Shown here in pieces: positions 20,629 to 34,237 of a stretch of 64,000 nt of DNA. Within the stretch, counting starts at the first letter, position 1. Every line of letters starts with the position of its first letter. Both the position numbers and the translations under genes were made by a program. The notes below the pieces were generated by a model. That model saw only the letters and a program-made list of their open reading frames with translations, made no database searches and was not told the DNA's origin. This DNA is from Centroscyllium fabricii (taxonomy: Eukaryota), in assembly GCA_051313645.2 (NCBI GenBank), contig JBNRSN020000014.1, positions 107,508,001-107,572,000 of the forward strand. Direction: 5' to 3'.

Positions 20629-21963
20629 GGGGCGTTTTTCTGAGGTCCGAGGAGGCGGGATTTTTTTTTAAAATGAGTGCAGTTTCGGAACGTGCCTCCA
20701 ACTCGCCTCTGCAGGATTTTGCCGCTACCGGTTTTGCAGCTGGCCAGAGAGCTTGTTAAGAGGCTTAAATGCTCGTTAAGGGCCTCTCTAAGCCTATTTT
20801 GAGAGGCTCTCGTTATTGCTCGACCATTTCAGCGTGTTCCACGACCCTCCTAAACCACGCCAGCTAAACCTGGTGGGTTGACAAGTGGGTGGTCTCCTCA
20901 CAGCTGCAGCTCAAACATTGAATCAGCGATTTCATCAGGGATTAGTTGCAGGTGGCAGAACTTTGCTTTAAAAGGTCTTTCAGCACTTTTAGCAGGCCTT
21001 CCGAAGTCGGAAGTGCTGCAGCTTGAATCTATCAACTGTTGGACCACCTTGGAAGACCTTCTCCCTGCTTGCAATGAGCGCTTCCCCAAAGGAGGCATCT
21101 ACAAGCAGCATGGGAACTATTCATTTTCTTTCACCATTGACCTCAGATGAGGAGGAGGAGGCTCTGGAGGAGGAGGAGGAGCAGGAGGAGGTCAGAGTGG
21201 CAGCAGGCAAGCACATGGCTGCCCGGGATGCAAGGGATGAAGTTATCCTGGCCAGATTTATATAGGTTTCCCAAGTTGGCACATGTCCTTGGCTCCATCT
21301 TAAGAAATCATTGAAAATGAACATGACTCTCCGGCATCCTTTCACTCTGGCCACCAACTTGACAATGCAAGTGTCGCGGAGGCTGCAATGTGGAGCTGCC
21401 TAAGGCGAACGAACAGATGCCATAACGCCAATATTTTGGCATCAAATCAGTTTTAATGCTTTCCAACAGGGATGGCATTTCAGCAACACACATAAACATT
21501 CACCCAATCTGCACACAGATCTGGAGGTTATATCCCTTGCCAGCTGGACCCACACAGCCTTGATTTCTTTGGGAGGCCTCTTCCTCCCAAAGGAGGGGAA
21601 GAGTGCCTCCCTGCTAGCTCTCACCCCTTCAACCAACATTTGCAGCACCTCATCCGAGAACCTCGGGGAGGTCCTTGCCTTGGAATCTCAGAATATGTTG
21701 CAGGTGGTGCAGCATAGGCAGAAATCCAGTGGAATGATCCAAGGCAGCAAGCAGCCCAAAAATCAGGCTGGAAAAGTGACGTCAGCAGAGGCGAGTTTCA
21801 GTCCCAAAACATTAATTGACCAAGGGCAACCCACACCTCTGAAATCAAGTGGCCAATCAGGGGAAAATCACAACTTTTTGAAAACTATCTTTGGAGGCGG
21901 GCTTCAAATCCACCTGAACCGAAACCTGCCTCCATCCCACTTCCAGTGGGAAAATCACCCCCC
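20629..21963. mobile_element. Internally deleted Harbinger with mini-transposase ORF (21110-21265 +) and Myb/SANT remnant (about 21500-21700 -)
   Basis: GGGG…CCCC termini. LQMLVEGV…LFPSFGRKRPP…W resembles the 59743 exon; SDEEE…ARDEVILARF resembles the transposase C-terminus at 63170. Confidence 0.7.
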
Positions 21964-23654
21964 ATAGATTTCAAGAATGTTTATCATTTCACTGGCTCAC
22001 ACAAATGAATACAGACTAATTATCAAACTGATGTGAGCTCCGAGTGCTTGTTTAAGTGTTCTCTTGCCTACTCTAGTGCTTTGACGAGGTGTTCCCCCAG
22101 TGCTGCAGCACAGGCATTGCAAGGCTGCTGTGGCCCAGTCAAGAACTCCTGAGATGCTTTCTGGTCAGCAGCCTTTGGTTGAGGGGCCACGGGGGTGCAG
22201 ACATGCTATCGTCCTCATGTTTCATTCCCTTTACATGACTGCCCCAGCAACTCAGCACTCACAGTGATATGTGGGAGAGCAGGCTGATGATCTGAATGAA
22301 ACCCCTATCATTCTGGCTCCTAGTTTGGCCATGGTGGAAGAAATGGTGGAGTCCAGAGCCTATATGGCTTCTGTATGAACGTCCCTGAGAGAAGTTGCTA
22401 CTGATACCTAGGCAAGGAGGGCCCAGCTGCTGTGTTCTTTGAGGTGACCACGCAGACCATGGTTGAACGCTGAGTATCAATGCCATGCGCAAGAGCCCCG
22501 CACACTCTTCCACACTCTGATATTTTGTGGAAACTCCCTGACAGGAGGTCCAATGTATTCAGCAGTTGCTGGTAAATAGGAAACATTTTTCTTCTGAAGG
22601 CTGGGCCACTAAAGTCTGCATTTCTTTTCTCTTTGGCAGAACTAGGACGTGAGTTTGACCTCATGTAAGCAGCTTCCTCGCCTGTCCTTTCCACCTGCTC
22701 CATCACGTGCTCAGTAAATCAAGCAGTGAAGACCCTTCTTATGCACTATCTTTACCACATGCGATCTGATTTCTATGCTAACACTTGGAAAGGTATTATC
22801 GAGTGACAATTCATCTTTGAGTTGGTCATCCTGCTATGTCGGTGTTGCTTCAGGCCGTCAGTCATTAGAATATAAGAATTAGAAGCAGGAGTAGGCCAAA
22901 CAGCCCCTCGGGGTAATATTTACTAAAGCGGTTCGGGAGGTTTTAAACTAGTATGGCAGGGGGGTGGGAACCTAGGTAGTGGAAAAGAGGGAGGTCATAG
23001 GAAGCCAGAAATAAATGGTAGGAAGGTGAGAAGCAATAAGCAAGGGAGAGAAACACAAAGGGCCAAACTTATTCATAATAGTGTGATCAAAACAAGCCTA
23101 AAGGCTTTGTATCTTAATGCAAGAAGCATTAGGAACAAGGTGGATGAACTAGCTGTTGAAATAGAGGTAAGCAAATATGAGTTGATTGGAATTACGGAAA
23201 CATAGCTGCAGGGTGGGCAAGGCTGGGAACTCAACATCCCGGGGTATACAACATTCAGAAAGGATCGGCACAAAAGAAAGGGAGGTGGGGTGGCATTGCT
23301 GGTGAAAGAGGGGATAAATGCAATTGAAAGGAAGGATATTAACTCAGATGATACGGAATCTATATGGGTAGAACTAAGAAATAGTAAAGGGCGGAAAACA
23401 TTTGTGGGAGTTATATACAGGCCTCCAAATAATAATATGGAGGTGGGGGACGGCATAAAAAGGGAAATTAGAGAAGCGTGCAATAAGGGCACAGCTGTCA
23501 TCATGGGCGACTTTAATCTACATATTGATTGGACCAGCCAAATTAGTAAAAATACTGAGGAGGAGGAATTCCTAGAATGTTTACGGGACGGTTACCTGGA
23601 CCAATACGTCGAGGAACCAACTCGGGATCAGGCCATCTTAGACTGGGTATTGTG

Positions 23655-26162
23655 CATCATAGGTGACTTTAACTTGCATATAGATTGGACTAGCCAAATT
23701 AGTAAAAATAATGAGGAGGAGGAATTCCTTGAGTGTGTAAGGGATGGTTATCTGGATCAATATGTCGAGGAACCAACTCGGGATCAGGCTATCTTGGACT
23801 GGGTACTGTGCAATGAGAAGGGACTAATTAGTAATCTTGTTGTACGGGGACCCTTGGGTCAGAGCGATCATAACATGATCGAATTCTCACTCGAAATGGA
23901 GAGCGAAGAAACTGACTCAGAGACTAAGGTCCTGAATTTAAATAAGGGGAATTATGATGCCATGAGACGGGAATTAAGTAAGTCTGATTGGGCAGCGTTT
24001 CTGGGGGGACTGGCGGTGGATAAACAATGGCAAGCATTTAAAGACAGAATGGCAGAATTGCAGAAATTGTTTATACCAATCTGGCATAAAAAGAAATCTA
24101 AAAAGGTGACTCAACCGTGGATAACAGGGGAAATTAGGGACAGCATAAAATCCAAAGAAAGGGCATATAAAATAGCCAAAAAAAGCACCAGACCTGAAGA
24201 TTGGGAACAGTTTAGGATACAACAAAGGAGGGCAAAGGGATTAATCAGGAGGGGAAAAATAGCGTACGAAAGTAAGCTTGCGGCAAACATAAAAACTAAC
24301 TCCAAAAGCTTTTACAAGTATATTAAGAGGAAAAGACTGGTGAAATCCAAAGTCGGTCCATTACAGTCAGATTCTGGGGAATATATAATGGGAAATAAGG
24401 AAATGGCAGACCAATTAAATGCATATTTTGGGTCTGTCTTCACAAAGGAAGACACAAAAAACCTCCCTGAGATATCGGGAACCATAGGGACAATTGGAAG
24501 GGAGGAACTGACAAAAATCAATATCTCTAAGGATATGGTGTTGGGGAAGCTAAAGGGACTGAAGGCTGACAAATCCCCAGGGCCTGATAACATGCATCCT
24601 AGGGTACTCAAGGAGGTGGCCCTAGAGATAGCAGATGCTTTAAGGATAATTTTCCAGAATTCAATAGACTCGGGAACAGTGCCCATGGATTGGAGGGTAG
24701 CTAACGTTACCCCACTATTTAAAAAGGGGGGTAGGGAAAAAGTGGGTAATTACAGACCTGTAAGCCTTACATCGGTGGTGGGCAAAATACTAGAGTCCAT
24801 CATTAAGGATGTAATAGCAGAGCACTTGGCAAATGGGGACAGGATAGGACAGAGTCAACATGGATTTACAAAAGGTAAATCGTGCTTGACGAATCTATTG
24901 GAATTCTTTGAGGAAGTAACTGGTAAAATAGATGGGGGAGAGCCAGTAGATGTGGTGTACCTGGACTTCCAAAAAGCCTTCGATAAGGTCCCACATAAAA
25001 GATTAGCATGTAAAATCAAGGCTCATGGGATAAGGGGAAAAGTATTGACGTGGATAGAGAACTGGCTGGCAGATAGAAAACAGAGAGTTGGAATAAACGG
25101 CTCATTTTCTGAATGGCAGGCAGTAACAAGTGGGGTACCTCAGGGATCTGTCCTGGGTCCCCAGCTGTTCACAATTTATATTAATGACCTGGATCAGGGA
25201 ATCGGATGCAGCATCTCCAAATTCGCAGACGACACTAAACTAGGAGGGGGGGGTAGGCTCAGAAGAAGAGATCAGGAAGCTCCAGAGCGATTTGGACAAA
25301 TTGGGGGACTGGGCAGATACATGGCAAATGCACTATAATGTGGATAAGTGTGAAGTTATCCACCTTGGGGGCAAAAACGGGAGGGCAAATTATTATTTAA
25401 ATGGCAATAGATTGGGAGATGGGGAAGTACAGAGAGACCTGGGTGTTCTTGTGCACCAGTCATTGAAGGCGAGCATGCAGGTGCAACAGGCGGTCAGGAA
25501 GGCAAATGGTATGCTGGCCTTCATGTCAAAAGGGTTGGAATACAGGAACAAAGACACCTTACTACAGCTGTACAGGGCACTGGTGAGACCACACCTCGAG
25601 TACTGTGTGCAGTTTTGGTCGCCTCATCTGAGGAAGGATGTTCTTGCCATGGAAGGAGTGCAGCGGCGATTCACCAGGCTGATACCAGGAATGGCAGGAA
25701 TGACCTATGAGGAGAGACTATGTAGTCTGGGGATGTACACACTGGAGTTTAGAAGATTGAGAGGGGATCTCATAGAAACATATAAAATTCTGACAGGCCT
25801 GGACAGACTAGATGCAGAAGGAATGTTTCCGATGGCAGGAGAGTACAGAACTAGGGGACACAGTTTAAGGATAAGGGCTAAACCATTTAGGACAGAGATG
25901 AGGAGGAATTTCTTCACCCAGAGAGTGGTGAACCTGTGGAACTCACTGCCACAGAGGGCAGTGGACGCCAGCTCATTAAATATATTTAAGAGGGAATTAG
26001 ATATATTTCTGCAGGCAAAAGGGGTTAAAGGTTACGGAGAGAAGGCAGGGACGGGATACTGAACTGAAGGATCAGCCATGATCTCAATGAATGGCGGAGC
26101 AGGCTCGAAGGGCCGAATGGCCTACTCCTGCTCCTATCATCTATGTATCTATGTATCTATGT
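23655..26162 (+). mobile_element. CR1 LINE (inner, 5'-truncated copy) inserted in the outer CR1
   Basis: ORFs 23290-25338 and 25292-26062 are separated by one frameshift in a G-run at about 25245. (tatctatg)n tail ends at about 26162, after which the outer copy resumes (agaagggactaattag). Confidence 0.88.
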
Positions 26163-28271
26163 AGAAGGGACTAATTAGCAATCTAGTTGTACGAGGCCCC
26201 TTGGGTCGGAGCGATCATAATATGATCGAATTCTCAGTTGAGATGGAAAGTGAAAAGATCAACTCGGAGACTAAAGTCCTTAATTTAAATAAGGGGAATT
26301 ATGAAGGTATGAGAAGGGAATTAAGTTAAATTGATTGGGCAGTGTTCCTGGGGGGATTGAATGTGGATAGACAATGGCAAGCATTCAAGTATAGAATGGA
26401 AGAATTACAGAACTCGTTTATACCGGTTTGGCATAAGAATAAATCTAGAAAGGTGACTCAACCGTGGATAACAAGGGAAATAAGGGACAACATTAAATCC
26501 AAAAAATGGGCATATCAATTGGCCAAAAAAACTACCAGGCCGGAAGATTGGGAGCAGTTCAGGATACAGCAAAGGAAGACTAAGGGATTAATCAGGAGGG
26601 GGAAGATAGATTACGAATGTAAGCTTGCGGCAAACATAAAAACTGACTGCAAAAGCTTTTATAGGTACATCAAGAGGAAAAGATTGGTAAAATCCCAAGT
26701 CGGTCCCTTGCAGTCCGATTCAGGGGAATATATAATGGGGAATAAAGAAATGGCAGACCAACTAAATTCATATTTTGGTTCTGTCTTCACAAAGGAGGAC
26801 ACAAGCAACCTCCCAGGGATAGCAGCGAACATAGGGTCTAATGCAAGGGAGGAGCTGACAGATATCAGTATTTCTAAGGAGATGGTTTTGGGGAAGTTGA
26901 AGGGATTGAAGGCCGACAAATCCCCAGGGCCTGATAATCTACATCCTAGGGTACTTAAAGAGGTGGCCCTGGAAATAACGGGTGCTTTAAGGATCATTTT
27001 CCAGAACTCGATAGACTCTGGATCAGTACCCACGGATTGGAGGGTGGCTAATGTTACCCCACTATTTAAAAAGGGGGGGCAGAGAGAAAGCAGGGAATTA
27101 TAGACCAGTAAGCCTTACATCAGTAGTGGGCAAAATGCTCGAGTCCATTATCAAGGATGTAATCTCGGAGCATTTGACAATTAGAGATGAGATCGGACAG
27201 AGTCAACATGGATTTACAAAAGGTAAATCGTGTTTAACTAATCTATTGGAATTCTTTGAGGAAGTAACTCGGAAAATAGATGGGGGAGAGCCAGTAGATG
27301 TGGTGTACCTTGACTTCCAGAAAGCCTTCGATAAGGTTCCACATAAAAGATTAGCATGTAAAATTAAGGCTCATGGGATTGGGGGCAAAGTTTTGATGTG
27401 GATAGAGAACTGGTTGGTAGATAGAAAACAGAGAGTTGGAATTAACGGCTCGTTTTCTGAGTGGCAGCCGGTGACTAGTGGGGTACCGCAGGGGTCTGTC
27501 CTGGGACCCCAGCTGTTTACAATATATATTAATGATCTGGATCAGGGAATTGAATGTAATATCTCCAAATTCGCGGATGACACCAAACTAGGAGGGGGGC
27601 GGGCTCTGAAGAGGGTGTCAGGAAGTTACAGGGTGATTTGGATAAGTTGGGGGACTGGGCAGATAGATGGCAGATGCACTATAATGTGGATAAATGTGAG
27701 GTTATCCACTTTGGGGGCAAAAACAGGAGGGTAGATTATTACTTAAATGGCAATAGATTGGGAGATGGGGAGGTGCAAAGAGACCTAGGTGTTCTTGTGC
27801 ACCAGTCGCTGAAGGCGAGCACGCAGGTGCAGCAGGCGGTTAGGAAGGCAAATGGTGTGTTGGCCTTCATATCAAGAGGGTTCGAGTATAGGAATAAGGA
27901 TACCTTACTACAGCTGTACAAGGCACTGGTGAGACCACACCTCGAGTATTGTGTACAGTTCTGGTCGCCTCGCCTGAGGAAGGATGTTCTTGCCATGGAA
28001 GGAGTGCAGCGGCGTTTCACCAGGCTGATTCCTGGAATGGCAGGAATGACCTACGAGGAGAGATTATGTAGTCTGGGCTTGTACTCATTGGAGTTGAGAA
28101 GATTGAGAGGCGATCTCATTGAGACGTATAAAATTCTGAAAGGTCTGGACAGGTTAGATTCAGAGAGAATGTTTCCAATGGCGGGGGAGTCCAGAACCAG
28201 GGGCCACGGTCTAAGAATAAGGGGTAAGCCATTTAGGACAGACATGAGGAAGAATTTCTTCACTCAGAGAT

Positions 28272-28465
28272 TATAAAATGTACCAGGATGCCCAACATAC
28301 GAATCTCTAAGAAGGGCTTTCCTAAGTCTAGTTAAATGTTATAATTATTTTGTTTGTATTGTTATTAATATACTATTTTTTGTATATTACAATGCTTTGG
28401 CAACAACGGTGGATACCATTCATGCCAATAAAGCTATTTGAATTTGAATTTGAATTTGAATTTGA
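28272..28465 (+). mobile_element. 3' end of a non-LTR retrotransposon with (tttgaa)n tail (possibly RTEX-like), inserted in CR1
   Basis: ccattcatgccaataaagcta(tttgaa)n; related copy on - at about 53487-53880. Confidence 0.6.
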
Positions 28466-28697
28466 GTGGTGGGCCTGTGGAATTCCTTGCCACAGAGGGC
28501 GGTGGAGGCCAGTTCATTAAACATATTCAAGAGGGAATTGGATATATTTCTTCAAGCTAAAGGGATTAAAGGTTACGGAGAAAAGGCGGGGACGGGGTAC
28601 TAGCTTGCTAAAGATCAGCCATGATCTCATTGAATGGCGGAGCAGGCTCGAAGGGCTGAATGGCCTACTCCTGCTCCTATCTTCTATGATTCTATGA

Positions 28698-30140
28698 TAA
28701 GCCTGCTCTGTCATTCAATAAGATCATGGCTGATCTATGACCACAACACCACCTTCCTGCCCTAGCTCCATATTCCTTGATGTCCCTAGAGTCCAAAAAT
28801 CTATCTATCTCTCCATTGAATATACTCAATGACTGAGCATCCACAGCCCTTTGGGACAGAGAATTCCAAAGATTCACAACCTTCTGAGTGAAGAAGTTTC
28901 TACTCCTCTCAGTCTTAAAAGGCCGACCCCTTATCCTGAGACTATGCCCCCTTGTTCTGGACTAGTTCTGGACTCTCCAGCCATGGGGAAACAATCTCTC
29001 AGTATCTATCCTGTTAATCTCCCTCAGAATCTTATATGTTTCAATGAGATCGCCTCTCATTCTTCTAAATTCCGAAGAGTTTAGACCTAATCTACTCAAT
29101 CTCTTCTCATAGGACAATTCTCTCATCCCGGGGATTAGTCTAGTGAACCTTCTCTGAATCGCCTTTAAGGCAAGTATATCCTTCTTTAGAGACACAGTAC
29201 TCCAGGTGTGGTCTCACCAAAGCCCTGTGCAATTGTAGCAAGACTTCCTTACTCTTGTACTCTAACCCACTTGTAATAAAGGCCAACATGCCATTTGCCT
29301 TCCTAATTGCTTGCTGTACCTGCATGCTGACTCTCTCTGTTTCCTGTACGAGGACACCTAAATCTCTCTAAACACCAAAATGTAATAGTTTCTCACCATT
29401 TAAAAATATTTTGTTTTTCTACTCTTCCTACCAAAGTGAACAACCTCACATTTCCCCACATTATACTCCATCTGCCACCTATTGCCCACTCACTTAACCT
29501 GTCTATATCCATTTGCATGCTCTTTATGACCTCTCTACAGCTTACTTTCCCACCTAACCTTGTATCCTCAGCAAAATTGGATACATTACATAATGTCCTT
29601 TCATCTAAGTCATTAATATAGATTGTAAATAGCTGAGGCCCAAGCACTGATCCTTGCGGCACCCCACTAATTACAGCCTGCCAACCTGAAAATGACCCGT
29701 TTATCCCAACTCTCTGTTTTCTGTCCATTAATCAATCCTCTATTCATGCTAATACATTACCTCCAATCCCATGAGTCCTTATCTTGTGTAACAACCTTTT
29801 ATGTTGGGGGTGTCAGGGGATATGGGGAGAGGGTAGGAGGAGGGGGGTGCTGGGTTTGGATGATCAGCCATGATCTCATCAAAATGGCGGAGCAGGCTCG
29901 AAGGGCCGAATGGCCTACTCCTGCTCCTATCTTCTGTGTTTCTGTGTATGTGGCACCTTATTGAATGCCTTTTGGTAATCCAAATATACTACATTTACTG
30001 GTTCCCCTATATCTACCCTATTAGGTACAGTCTCAAACAACTCGAATAAATTTGTCAAATGCAATTTTCCTTTCATAAAACCGTGTTGACGCTGCCTAAT
30101 CATGTTATGATATTATAAGTGCCCTGTTTCCACTTCCTAC
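28698..30140 (-). mobile_element. Older CR1 RT fragment, with a SINE/CR1 tail inserted at about 29805-29950
   Basis: RKQRVGING…[26 protein letters not shown] pieces with frameshifts. Confidence 0.85.
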
Positions 30141-30976
30141 ATATGTAATGTAATATAATATAAATGTAAAGGACCTAGAAAGTTTAATGGCAGGGGTAAG
30201 CAGTAGCAGATAAGTGGCAGTGCAATGCAGCATGGATTGTCATGCTCAGTGTGTGTGTGTGTGTGAGTAAACATGCATGCGAGTGAGAGGATTCAGTAGA
30301 AAGAGAAAGGGATGAGAAGCTGCCCAACCACAAACTCTGCCAATGGTGTCAGTGGCAACCTCTGTGGCTAGCTCCACAGCTGCACTGGAGAATCAGGTGG
30401 TCTCTGGGCAACATCATGCTGCCTGTTGCTTCAGTGTCTCGCTCTCCACTGAGCAAGTTGAAAAAGTACACCTCCCTGTTAAGGAACTGTAGGTTGCTGG
30501 ATTTCCCTCCTTCCCAGCTGGTGAACTGCCTAAAGCAGTTCGTGCTGGCAGCTCACCCATTCAATTTAAATGGGGCCTGACCACAGAAATTGATCAGACC
30601 TCCCACTGACGCCATCGAGCAAGAAGAGCGGATTTTCTGACCACTACCTGCTCGATATAAGCCCGAGATGAAAATTGCACCCCCCGAAGTCCCTGCTCGT
30701 CTTTGAATATGGGCATTTAGTTATGCTCTTTCTCAGAGTTACCAGATCAAGGATTGCATGAGAGCCAGGTTCTGTAATCTTTATGTACTAATAGTGTAAA
30801 TCAAAATGTTGTTCAGGTTTATTATGTGTGTGGAGCTGGCAGGGGGGACGGGGGGGGGGGATGGGGGGTGGGGGTGGGGGGGGGGGGGGAGTGGTTATAA
30901 GCCTGGAAATGATTGCTTGTGATAGTAGTGTGTGAATGGTATTTGAGCCTGTTTTTTTTGTAGGGCAGAAGAGATT

Positions 30977-31739
30977 GGGCCAGAAATTGCAGTCTGCCCA
31001 TATCGCGTTTGAGCTCTGGTGCGAGCGCACCAAAGCTTAAACACACAGGAAGCAGCCGTTTGCGCTGCTTCAGGTTTTCCTGAGGCGGCCAGCAGGGGGG
31101 GCAGAGTTTCTGCGATGGCTCTCGTAGGAACCATCGAACTACGGGGTGCGTTCAGTCATTCCGTTTTTTAAAAAGTTTTTCTACGGACCAATAGCAGAAG
31201 ATTGTACGCTGGGAAAAAGGAGTCGTAAGTACCCATTTTTATCTGGTAAGTGTGTATTTTATTGATTTTAATTGTTGCTTTTTCAGGTTTTTAATTGTTG
31301 TTAACTTTAAAGACAGGCAAGTATTTTTTAGGCCTGTTAGAAGATGAAAAATGTTTCTGTAAATGTTTATTTTTTCTTTAAAATAGGTTATTTATGTTAG
31401 TTGGGGTAATGTTAAAAAAAATGTGGTGATTTTAAAATTTTATTTTTGAGTTTCGATGTCTTTTGGGTAATCTCTCCTTTCAAAACTTACACAGCTTTCT
31501 CAGTGGAAGTTTTGAACGGAGGATTGCTTCCACTGATTGGCTCCCTGCCAATCACGTGGTCTCAAAAGCCATCTCGCACTAATTACGCCGTTCAGTTGCC
31601 CATGAAGCTCGCACAGAGCTCTGACAAGCTGGGCGAACAGGAATGACTGAGTGCAAAAAAGCAAACCGGCCGATGCGCTGGGTAAGTGCAACTAGCAGCA
31701 CTGCACCCGCACGAAAGGCTCCAGGGGAATTTCTGGGCC
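30977..31739. mobile_element. Harbinger-type MITE
   Basis: gggccagaaatt / aatttctgggcc; TSD ATT. Confidence 0.65.
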
Positions 31740-32328
31740 ATTATGGGATGTTTTGATAGAAGTGTTTAAAATTATGAAGGGTTGGGACAGAGTCGATAGA
31801 AACAGACCATTTTGAGTGGCTGAGGGGTCTAGAACAAAGTGACCCCAATATAAAATTACATGCAAGAGACTTAGGGCAGAGGCAGGAGACTTTTTTATAT
31901 GGATGTTTGTGAAGATGTGGAATGCACAGAGGGCTGTGAACTTGTGGAGTAGAATTAGTGAATGAAACAGAGATCACGCGAATATTTAAGAATAGGTTAG
32001 ATCGGTGGTTAAAGGAAAGGGGAATAAAGGGAACAGGGCCAGCACATGAGATTAGGACCGCTGCTCATGTGAAGGGTTAAACAGCCTGTTTCCGTGTTGT
32101 AATTTCTAATTAATTTTGTGCATTCGTATAACTCCATTTAACACAAGTGTTGATCTGTTTATTTTAAATGGATTACTGCTTCTGCTAAAATAGTGAAAAG
32201 AATATTGTATGCGTGCATCCCACATTCACCATTAATATCACCAACAGAATATCTAGTTAATAATATTTTGCAAAGATAAATTACCACATTTATTTAATTG
32301 GAATGAAAGCATCTTATTTTATTATCAT

Positions 32329-32532
32329 AGCAAAATACTGCGGATGCTGGAAATCTGAAATAACAACAGAAAACGCTGGAGAAACTCAGCAGGCCAGGCA
32401 GCATTGGTGGAGAGAGAAACAGAGTTGATGTTTCAGGTTGATGACCTTTCTGACCTGAAACGTTAACTCTGTTCCTCTCTCCACCGATGCTGCCTGGCCT
32501 GCTGAGTTTCTCCAGCGTTTTCTGTTGTTGTT
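32329..32532. mobile_element. Palindromic Penelope-like terminal fragment with partial hammerhead core
   Basis: About 85-bp inverted arms around 32445; gacctgaaacgttaac; probable TSD ttattttatta. Confidence 0.65.
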
Positions 32533-34237
32533 TTATTTTATTACCTACTGCTTTACATTTCATATTTGATATTCCTCGATTCTGTCATTCCCCAATGAAT
32601 TTGTTCCTCTCTGATCCTTCTGTCTCTCGGGCCTCTCCTCTCCAATTTCAGTTGAGAAGTTGGACTTGCTTGATGTGATGACCATATCTGGGTGTCTTGC
32701 ATTGTTATGAAATTTCAAACAAATTGGAGTAAGTAAGAGTACATGTTTTGATTCAGATTATAGCTTGAGCTAGATCTAGATGATTAGCTTTTAGCGAGTA
32801 AATTATTTCGCATTCAAATTATATCTTATCAGAGTACTTGTGCTTTTTGGCTCTGGCTCCACTAAGTCAGAACGAGGAACATATAATTCCTTCAGTTAAT
32901 GAGATCCATGGTAATGTTCTGTCTAATATTATCAGAATGAGGGAACGCAGTATTCCCTCACGTACAGTCAGGATTAGTGACCTCTGCATCGAAATGTTAC
33001 CTGACCACTTTTTAAAAGAACAAAAATCCCTCCGGTGTAGCTCTGTTGTAACTTTATCTTACGTCAGGCAAAGTACGAAGGGATGCATTATTTCTAGCAG
33101 GTAACCTAGACCAAGGAGTGGGGTTGGGGAATTCTGAAAAAAACTCTTAATTACAAACTGTTGTTTGGTTTAACAAATTAAATAAATTCTTCTCCTAGTA
33201 GCTTTTCCATTGCATTTTTTCATGTTTCAAACACAATAGGAGTACACACAGAAAAGTGGATCAGTAATGTACTCCATCAGGAAGGAAGCACTATCAGACG
33301 GGGACATGTTAAGAGTATGCAAATGTTGAGTGAAATCCCATCAATCAACTGACAGCAACAGCGGATAATCATATTTGTGTTTTCACTGAATACAAAGGAA
33401 CTGTGAAATTATCCAAACACTACTATGCTAGCGATTTGCATATCAGCTAAAACACAGTGAAGAGACTATAAATCCTGTCATAATTGAGATGTTTGAATGG
33501 CATATTTTATGCTCTAGTCAAATGGAAACAAGGTACAGCCCAGAGCAGATAACCCAAGAACCTGAATCATCCTTTACTCCTGAATTGCTTTTCTTTATAA
33601 CAGGGGGAAAACACACAGTGCCGTCCCATGTTTCACCTCGGACAGTGAAGTTAAATAGGACAGTTTATTGGCACTGTGAGTCCTGCCCTTTCAGCGACTT
33701 TTGACAAAGGGGACAGATAATTGTAACTATGGAGGAGGGTATCTGTCTTTCCTCAGGAGAAGACCCCCTCATCTACTGTGGCATCATGAATGATGGCCCC
33801 TCATCAGCTGCGCTCCCATGGTCCTTTCAAATGTTTACCGAAGTGAAGTGAAAGGGCCCAATGCTGTGCTCAGTGAATTACATTTCTTCACCACGCAAAC
33901 TTTGAAGACCTGCAATTCATGAAAGCTGTCGGCGCTTTCACATTTTCTGCCACTTTGAAACAAGAACATCCACAGTATATATTGTTACCATTTTGTAACT
34001 TTCTGTAAATAATGTGTGCAGTCACTAATACCTGTTTTTATTGAGTCTGGAGCTGGACTGTTGATTTTCCCGCTGATCGCCGCAATTTTGTTGTTTTCCT
34101 AGTGCCTGGTTGTTTTCATTAAATTTTCATTCACTTTAATCTTAAGCTTTTTTTAATTCATTCTAAACTATTGCTATCTAACAACAGTCACTATTTTACA
34201 TACTATTTGTGCACATGGACATTTTTTTGTTACCACA

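Larger units (their letters stand above)
22910..28697 (+). mobile_element. CR1 LINE (outer copy: about 22910-23655 and 26163-28697), APE endonuclease plus RT, decayed
   Basis: [43 protein letters not shown]; 3' tail at about 28600-28697. Confidence 0.92.

Noticed and set aside
25241-25256. Shared functional frameshift after FADDTKL in both CR1 copies (also at about 27590)
   Set aside because: The directions are opposite (+1 vs -1) within G-runs, consistent with slippage or homopolymer assembly error.
30840-30892. G-run with G-quadruplex potential and poly-Pro ORFs
   Set aside because: Simple low-complexity tract with no supporting context.
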